Source: a virus
DNA length: 38,239 bases
Reading direction: 5' to 3' (one strand)
Virus record (IMG/VR): IMGVR_UViG_3300029932_000004
A program made the translations under genes and the position numbers. Below the pieces are notes generated by a model that had not been told where the DNA came from, ran no database searches, and saw nothing but the letters and a program-made list of their open reading frames with translations. This document shows positions 34,824 through 38,239 of the stretch, one piece after another. The stretch's first letter is position 1; every line of letters begins with the position of its first letter.

Positions 34824-35119
34824 TCTCCACCTCCCTCAATCTTGTCTAGCAGGGCGTCAATCTCCGGCACGATGGCTTTTGACTCGCATTCGCGGCAAGA
34901 CTTATCAATGTGATTGCGAGTTTTGTAAAGCAGTTCAAGCATTTCAGATGCGGCAATCATCAGGGAAGCGTAATAATTACGCTCTTTGGGAGTGTCGCCG
35001 GGAAGGTGGCAATGACGTGCTGAGCAGCAGCAAATTTCAAGAAAGCGATTGCTATCTGGGTGACTGTCTGAGTAACCTATATCACGTCCTTTTCGAAGCC
35101 CGTCAATGTTCAGTTTCAT
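34820..35119 (-). CDS. Cys/His-rich hypothetical protein
   Basis: The ATG follows GGGAGGTGGAG and forms an ATGA overlap with the upstream gene. The 99-aa product carries EICCCSARHCH and CRECES. Confidence 0.6.
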   Translation of the reverse strand: MKLNIDGLRKGRDIGYSDSHPDSNRFLEICCCSARHCHLPGDTPKERNYYASLMIAASEMLELLYKTRNHIDKSCRECESKAIVPEIDALLDKIEGGGE

Positions 35120-35661
35120 TGCTCCACCTCCCTCTTGTGGTCTGGATGCCGCTGGTAATAGGCATCAACGAATTTGGCGCGTTCCCGGTTCATCTCCTCG
35201 AGGGTACAGGGAGCCTCAGCAAGCGTCTGTGGTCGAGGTTTCGGCCACGTCTCACCACGTCGGACGATAATGTCTTGACAGTGATTGATCAACGTGATGA
35301 TCCGGTTGTGCTCGTCCTGATCTGCTATTGATGCTTCTGTGCCCTGCGGGGCTGGTGCTGGTGATGACTGCTCCTTTGGCCGGGAACAGGCCGAGAGCAT
35401 AAAGATCACGTAACAGAGAGCGATGATCAACAGGTTGGTGATGTTCTGGCGCGGGAATCTATACTTGCCGAGCAGCTGGAAACCAGCCCACAGGCCGGGC
35501 AACCAGACGATGACGTGTGCGACCTCCTTCTGTGTCTGTGAAGTGAATCCGCTGGTCGCGAAGATCCAGGCAGCAACCGCCAGAATACCCGCAATCAGGA
35601 CGGTCGACGCCCATGCTTTATTTGCTTCTCTCCACGCTTCTGCTTTTTCTTGATCGTTCAT
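35116..35661 (-). CDS. Three-pass membrane protein whose third helix ends in a lipobox-like LSAC, followed by a Pro/Ser linker
   Basis: This is ORF-track frame 35116..35748. I moved the start to ATG 35661, which follows AAGGA; the upstream 29 codons are the TATTTCGT repeat array. The transmembrane segments are VLIAGILAVAAWIFA, VIVWLPGLWAGFQLL and LLIIALCYVIFMLSAC. Confidence 0.6.
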   Translation of the reverse strand: MNDQEKAEAWREANKAWASTVLIAGILAVAAWIFATSGFTSQTQKEVAHVIVWLPGLWAGFQLLGKYRFPRQNITNLLIIALCYVIFMLSACSRPKEQSSPAPAPQGTEASIADQDEHNRIITLINHCQDIIVRRGETWPKPRPQTLAEAPCTLEEMNRERAKFVDAYYQRHPDHKREVEQ

Positions 35662-35670
35662 TGTGATGTC

Positions 35671-35720
35671 CTTTCGTTTATTTCGTTTATTTCGTGTTCT
35701 ATTTCGTGTTTTATTTCTTG
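35671..35720. repeat. Tandem TATTTCGT(G) repeat array
   Basis: Exact TATTTCGT copies start at 35679, 35688 and 35700. Degenerate copies lie at 35671..35677 and 35712..35719. The array fills the intergenic space between two leftward genes. Confidence 0.85.
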
Positions 35721-36280
35721 TATGGATGCCAGGGATTGCAGTCGGCATTGGTGCGACTCTCGACTACCTGGCGCAACCAATGGCGCATTGATGATCTGGT
35801 CTGGAGGTTGCCGCTCCACAAGAATTGCCTGACCGCCTCGTGAAGGGTGATATCAGGCACGTCTCCGACTTTGGCATCTGGGAAATAGGCCAAGATCTTG
35901 AGCCGCTTGCTCTCGTCCAGTTTGAACCGGACATAGATCGAATATTGGACAGCCGCGACCACAGCCTGTGCCTGTCGATCCGGATTGCCTGACGGCCACT
36001 CGGATCGAACAAACTCGATTGCTGGCCACGCCTGAGGCCATCCGTAGGTGGTATGGTGGATGAACACCAAGCGGCCAGCCGGGTCGGACTTCATCAGCGT
36101 CTCTGGGTGATAGAGACAGATCGACGAGTCAGGATCCGGCTTCGTTGGGTCCAGCCTGATCACGTCGACGCCAAGCGGCGTCTGTGACTGGCCGATGATC
36201 CCACACGCCACGAGAGCCATTCCAATCCATAGAGCGGCCAGAATCAGCCGTCCCGTCTCTGCTCTGTTCAATGTGTGCAT
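35711..36280 (-). CDS. Lipoprotein, function unknown
   Basis: The N-terminus MHTLNRAETGRLILAALWIGMALVAC has a canonical L-V-A-C lipobox. The mature part of about 160 aa has no motif I recognise. Confidence 0.65.
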   Translation of the reverse strand: MHTLNRAETGRLILAALWIGMALVACGIIGQSQTPLGVDVIRLDPTKPDPDSSICLYHPETLMKSDPAGRLVFIHHTTYGWPQAWPAIEFVRSEWPSGNPDRQAQAVVAAVQYSIYVRFKLDESKRLKILAYFPDAKVGDVPDITLHEAVRQFLWSGNLQTRSSMRHWLRQVVESRTNADCNPWHPYKK

Positions 36281-36297
36281 TTTGTTCTCCGTGTTAT

Positions 36298-36324
36298 GCC
36301 GCCGAGTCTCCCCGGCGGCTGGTT
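36298..36324 (-). repeat. 27-nt intercistronic hairpin element, copy 1
   Basis: The sequence is gccgccgagtctccccggcggctggtt, with stem GCCGCCG/CGGCGGC. It lies between the Gp157-like stop and the lipoprotein start. Confidence 0.8.
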
Positions 36325-36334
36325 CTTGATAACG

Positions 36335-36862
36335 CTACTTGATGCGCAGATGCGTTCCGCGCTCCTCGATCCGGCATCCCGGTACATCCTGACCTGACTC
36401 CAGATCCGTTCGGATTGCGTCAACGTCAAGGCGTATCATCCGACGGTGATACTGCTCCGGGGCTGTAGCCGCATCGTGCCGCCAGGCCTCCGGGATGACC
36501 AGCGGCGACTTCCCGCCGTTCTTGGCGATGGTCAGCCGATGCAGTGGCGTCTCGATCTTGGTAACACCCTGCTCGAGCATAAAGTTGTGCAAGGCTGTCT
36601 TGAGGCGTTTGATCGTGTTCTCGTCCGTGTCGACCAAGGCCCCGAGTCTGGCGAGCTCTTCAGTTCGCGCATTCGCCCTTGCTGTGACTGTCGCGATCAG
36701 CCGGCAGTAGTTGTCGATCTTCTGGTCGCGCTCTTCGCCAAGCTCCTTGAACCACGACTCAAGGGCTGATCCCTGCTCGTCGTCGCTGATCTCGCCACCT
36801 GCCTCAGTCAGCATATCGGCCAGCGCGTTCAGGTCTTCTGTGATACGGAATAATGTTCTCAT
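36335..36862 (-). CDS. Siphovirus Gp157-like protein
   Basis: The N-terminus (ITEDLNALADMLTEAGGEISDD...LESWFKEL...KIDNYCRLI), the C-terminus (...GCRIEERGTHLRIK) and the adjacency to an annealing protein fit the Sipho_Gp157 family as I recall it. Confidence 0.55.
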   Translation of the reverse strand: MRTLFRITEDLNALADMLTEAGGEISDDEQGSALESWFKELGEERDQKIDNYCRLIATVTARANARTEELARLGALVDTDENTIKRLKTALHNFMLEQGVTKIETPLHRLTIAKNGGKSPLVIPEAWRHDAATAPEQYHRRMIRLDVDAIRTDLESGQDVPGCRIEERGTHLRIK

Positions 36863-36882
36863 TGCGTCCTTTCTGTGATAGA

Positions 36883-36909
36883 GCCGCCAAGTCTCCCCGG
36901 CGGCTGGTT
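36883..36909 (-). repeat. 27-nt intercistronic hairpin element, copy 2
   Basis: The sequence is gccgccaagtctccccggcggctggtt, matching copy 1 at 26 of 27 positions. It occupies the same position relative to the flanking stop and start. Confidence 0.8.
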
Positions 36910-36916
36910 GTGAGTG

Positions 36917-37669
36917 TTACGCCTGATTCGTTTGTGCTTCCTTCGCCGCGTCCTGCTCCTCGAGCTTGGTATTCAGCCGGGTGATGACCGTTTCCATTTG
37001 GCTGGTGGTCAGGGTCAGCAGATCTTTCGGCTCGAGGGTCATATCGGATCGGCGCGTGATGTTGCGGATCGCCGTGGCCAACTTGTCGTCGTCAATCCCG
37101 TGGCCGTTGAGTGCGTCAAGGATATGGCCCAGGTACGTCACCTGCTCCTCAGTGGCCAGCTCCTCGACGGGTGCCACGTGTGCGCCGGGGATGGTCTCGG
37201 TCTCAGTCTCATCGAGCATCCCCAGACCGCAGATGGAGAGAGTCACCCGCCGCTTGGCCTTGGTCTCGGCCTTCATCAGAGCATTGGCCAGAGCGTCGCC
37301 TTTCAGCGATCCGACCGTCACGGCTCCAATGGACTCATCCGTCCGACCATCGGGAGTGGTGGCCCGTGCAATGACCATGTACACGTCGCCCACCTGCTCA
37401 CGACTGACGATCGTGACGGATACGCCACGAAGGCTCCGCAGCTGATCGGTCGCGTCCTTCCGGGCATACAAGGTGAGCTTGCCGTTCAGGGTGATATATT
37501 CGAAGGGTTTCGTCAGTGGATTCAGGCCGATCGACTTGCAGACGGCTCCGTAGTAGTTCGCGCGTTCAACGGGTGAGAGTTCCTTGAGGTCGCCCTTGAC
37601 GACGACGTTCTCGACGATTGCGCCAGCGTCCGGCGCGGTGGTTGCGAGTGCATTCTGTGGTGTTGCCAT
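36917..37669 (-). CDS. Single-strand annealing protein, Bet/Red-beta (RecT superfamily)-like
   Basis: The motifs YYGAVCKSIGLNPLTKPFEYI and NALMKAETKAKRRVTLSICGLGMLDETE parallel lambda Bet (QYGLNPWTKEIYAF and RMLRHKAMIQCARLAFGFAGIYDKDEAE) as I remember it. Confidence 0.65.
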   Translation of the reverse strand: MATPQNALATTAPDAGAIVENVVVKGDLKELSPVERANYYGAVCKSIGLNPLTKPFEYITLNGKLTLYARKDATDQLRSLRGVSVTIVSREQVGDVYMVIARATTPDGRTDESIGAVTVGSLKGDALANALMKAETKAKRRVTLSICGLGMLDETETETIPGAHVAPVEELATEEQVTYLGHILDALNGHGIDDDKLATAIRNITRRSDMTLEPKDLLTLTTSQMETVITRLNTKLEEQDAAKEAQTNQA

Positions 37670-37703
37670 TGTGATGTCTCCTGATTGAATTTCCGACGTG
37701 CTG

Positions 37704-37732
37704 ATTATCTACAGATCAATGATAATTGTCAA
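37704..37732 (-). promoter_or_regulatory. sigma70-type promoter for the recombination/accessory genes
   Basis: On the minus strand: TTGACA (revcomp of 37727..37732), a 17-nt spacer, and GATAAT (revcomp of 37704..37709). Confidence 0.65.
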
Positions 37733-37739
37733 TTGGTAA

Positions 37740-37961
37740 TTATCTCTGTCGATCAAAATATGCGCGTGTTTGCCGGTCGTCCTCGTCCTGAGCACGAATC
37801 ACCTGCTCGGCGCAACCGGGGCACAGTTCGCCCTCCTCAGTCTCGAGCCAATTCAGGCGGCTCATCAGTGAGCGGATCTCCTGCTCCGCGTCCTCGGTGG
37901 TCAGGATGTTCCGCTCCTCATACAGGCCGCAGTCGTGGCACTCGAGTTCAATTGTCACCAT
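37740..37961 (-). CDS. Small zinc-ribbon protein
   Basis: This is a 73-aa ORF-track entry. AGGAGG lies 6 nt upstream of the ATG. The pattern is CHDC-x35-CPGC. Confidence 0.65.
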   Translation of the reverse strand: MVTIELECHDCGLYEERNILTTEDAEQEIRSLMSRLNWLETEEGELCPGCAEQVIRAQDEDDRQTRAYFDRQR

Positions 37962-38094
37962 TGGTCTCCTCCTTCGCCTTGCAATGCAGGCAGATCGTAC
38001 GGTGTGGGAAGTGGCAAATCTTGGCGCAGTCCTGACAGATTGGATAGTCTGTCAGGTTGTCGCCGCCGCAACGTGGGCAATCAGCGTCGTTCAT
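37948..38094 (-). CDS. Small zinc-ribbon protein (48 aa, below the ORF-track cut-off)
   Basis: ATG 38094..38092 follows GAGGAG. The product is MNDADCPRCGGDNLTDYPICQDCAKICHFPHRTICLHCKAKEETNGDN. Its end overlaps the next start by 14 nt. Confidence 0.6.
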   Translation of the reverse strand: MNDADCPRCGGDNLTDYPICQDCAKICHFPHRTICLHCKAKEETNGDN

Positions 38095-38237
38095 TTTGAC
38101 TCCTCTTCTGTCTGGCAATCCCAGCAGATTGGATCGTCGTCCAGGTGCAACTCATTGCACTGGGTGCAACGCTTCGCGCCAATCGCCGCGAGATATTCGA
38201 GCTCAGTTTCAGCATCCATCACAAACATCAGACCCAT
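38091..38237 (-). CDS. Small zinc-ribbon protein (48 aa) spanning the circular junction
   Basis: The ATG at 38237..38235 is equivalent to 75..73. Its SD, AGGAGGTGAT, lies at 78..87 on the other side of the junction. The product is MGLMFVMDAETELEYLAAIGAKRCTQCNELHLDDDPICWDCQTEEESK. The stop forms an ATGA overlap with the next gene. Confidence 0.6.
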   Translation of the reverse strand: MGLMFVMDAETELEYLAAIGAKRCTQCNELHLDDDPICWDCQTEEESK

Positions 38238-38239
38238 AT
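38163..38239. repeat. Terminal direct repeat, copy 2 (identical to 1..77)
   Basis: These 77 nt are an exact copy of the window start. Confidence 0.95.

Noticed and set aside
1-38239. A search for tRNA or tmRNA genes, an integrase, attP, a CI-type repressor and a DNA polymerase
   Set aside because: I could recognise no T-loop/acceptor-type cloverleaf and no Tyr or Ser recombinase, LexA/CI-like or polymerase motifs in any frame. Their absence is by-eye only and needs tRNAscan and profile searches.

Overview
The window is a complete tailed-phage genome that closes on itself. Its first 77 nt are identical to its last 77 nt, giving about 38,162 bp of unique sequence. The virion module is siphovirus-like: an HK97-type head and a lambda-like tail tip. 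Two head-to-head sigma70-type promoters at 358-448 split the genome into two arms.

Rightward arm (456-34353, + strand): an HTH regulator; a gene-poor region with paired repeat units and terminator-like hairpins; a lambda-O-like replication initiator with an embedded iteron/AT-rich origin; VRR-NUC; an HNH-SF2 helicase fusion in an AT-rich island; dCTP deaminase; an HNH endonuclease; a GH19 endolysin; an intrinsic terminator; holin-like and lipoprotein genes; TerS and TerL; a metallophosphoesterase inserted before the portal; a portal-MuF fusion; prohead protease; major capsid protein; a methyltransferase-glycosyltransferase fusion inside the head module; connector, tail tube, chaperone and tape-measure genes; two gpM-like paralogues; and a 1635-aa gpL/gpJ-like host-specificity protein with an AT-rich C-terminal module.

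Leftward arm (about 4.1 kb, - strand, reading across the circular junction): four translationally coupled mini zinc-ribbon genes; a Bet/RecT-like annealing protein; a Gp157-like protein; and an uncharacterised envelope-directed cassette (lipoprotein, multi-pass membrane protein, Cys/His-rich protein, micro-peptides, a fifth zinc ribbon) studded with an ATTTCGTG repeat/palindrome motif.

I found no integrase, CI-type repressor, DNA polymerase, tRNA, CRISPR array or reverse transcriptase. Every functional call rests on motif recognition by eye, because no searches could be run.
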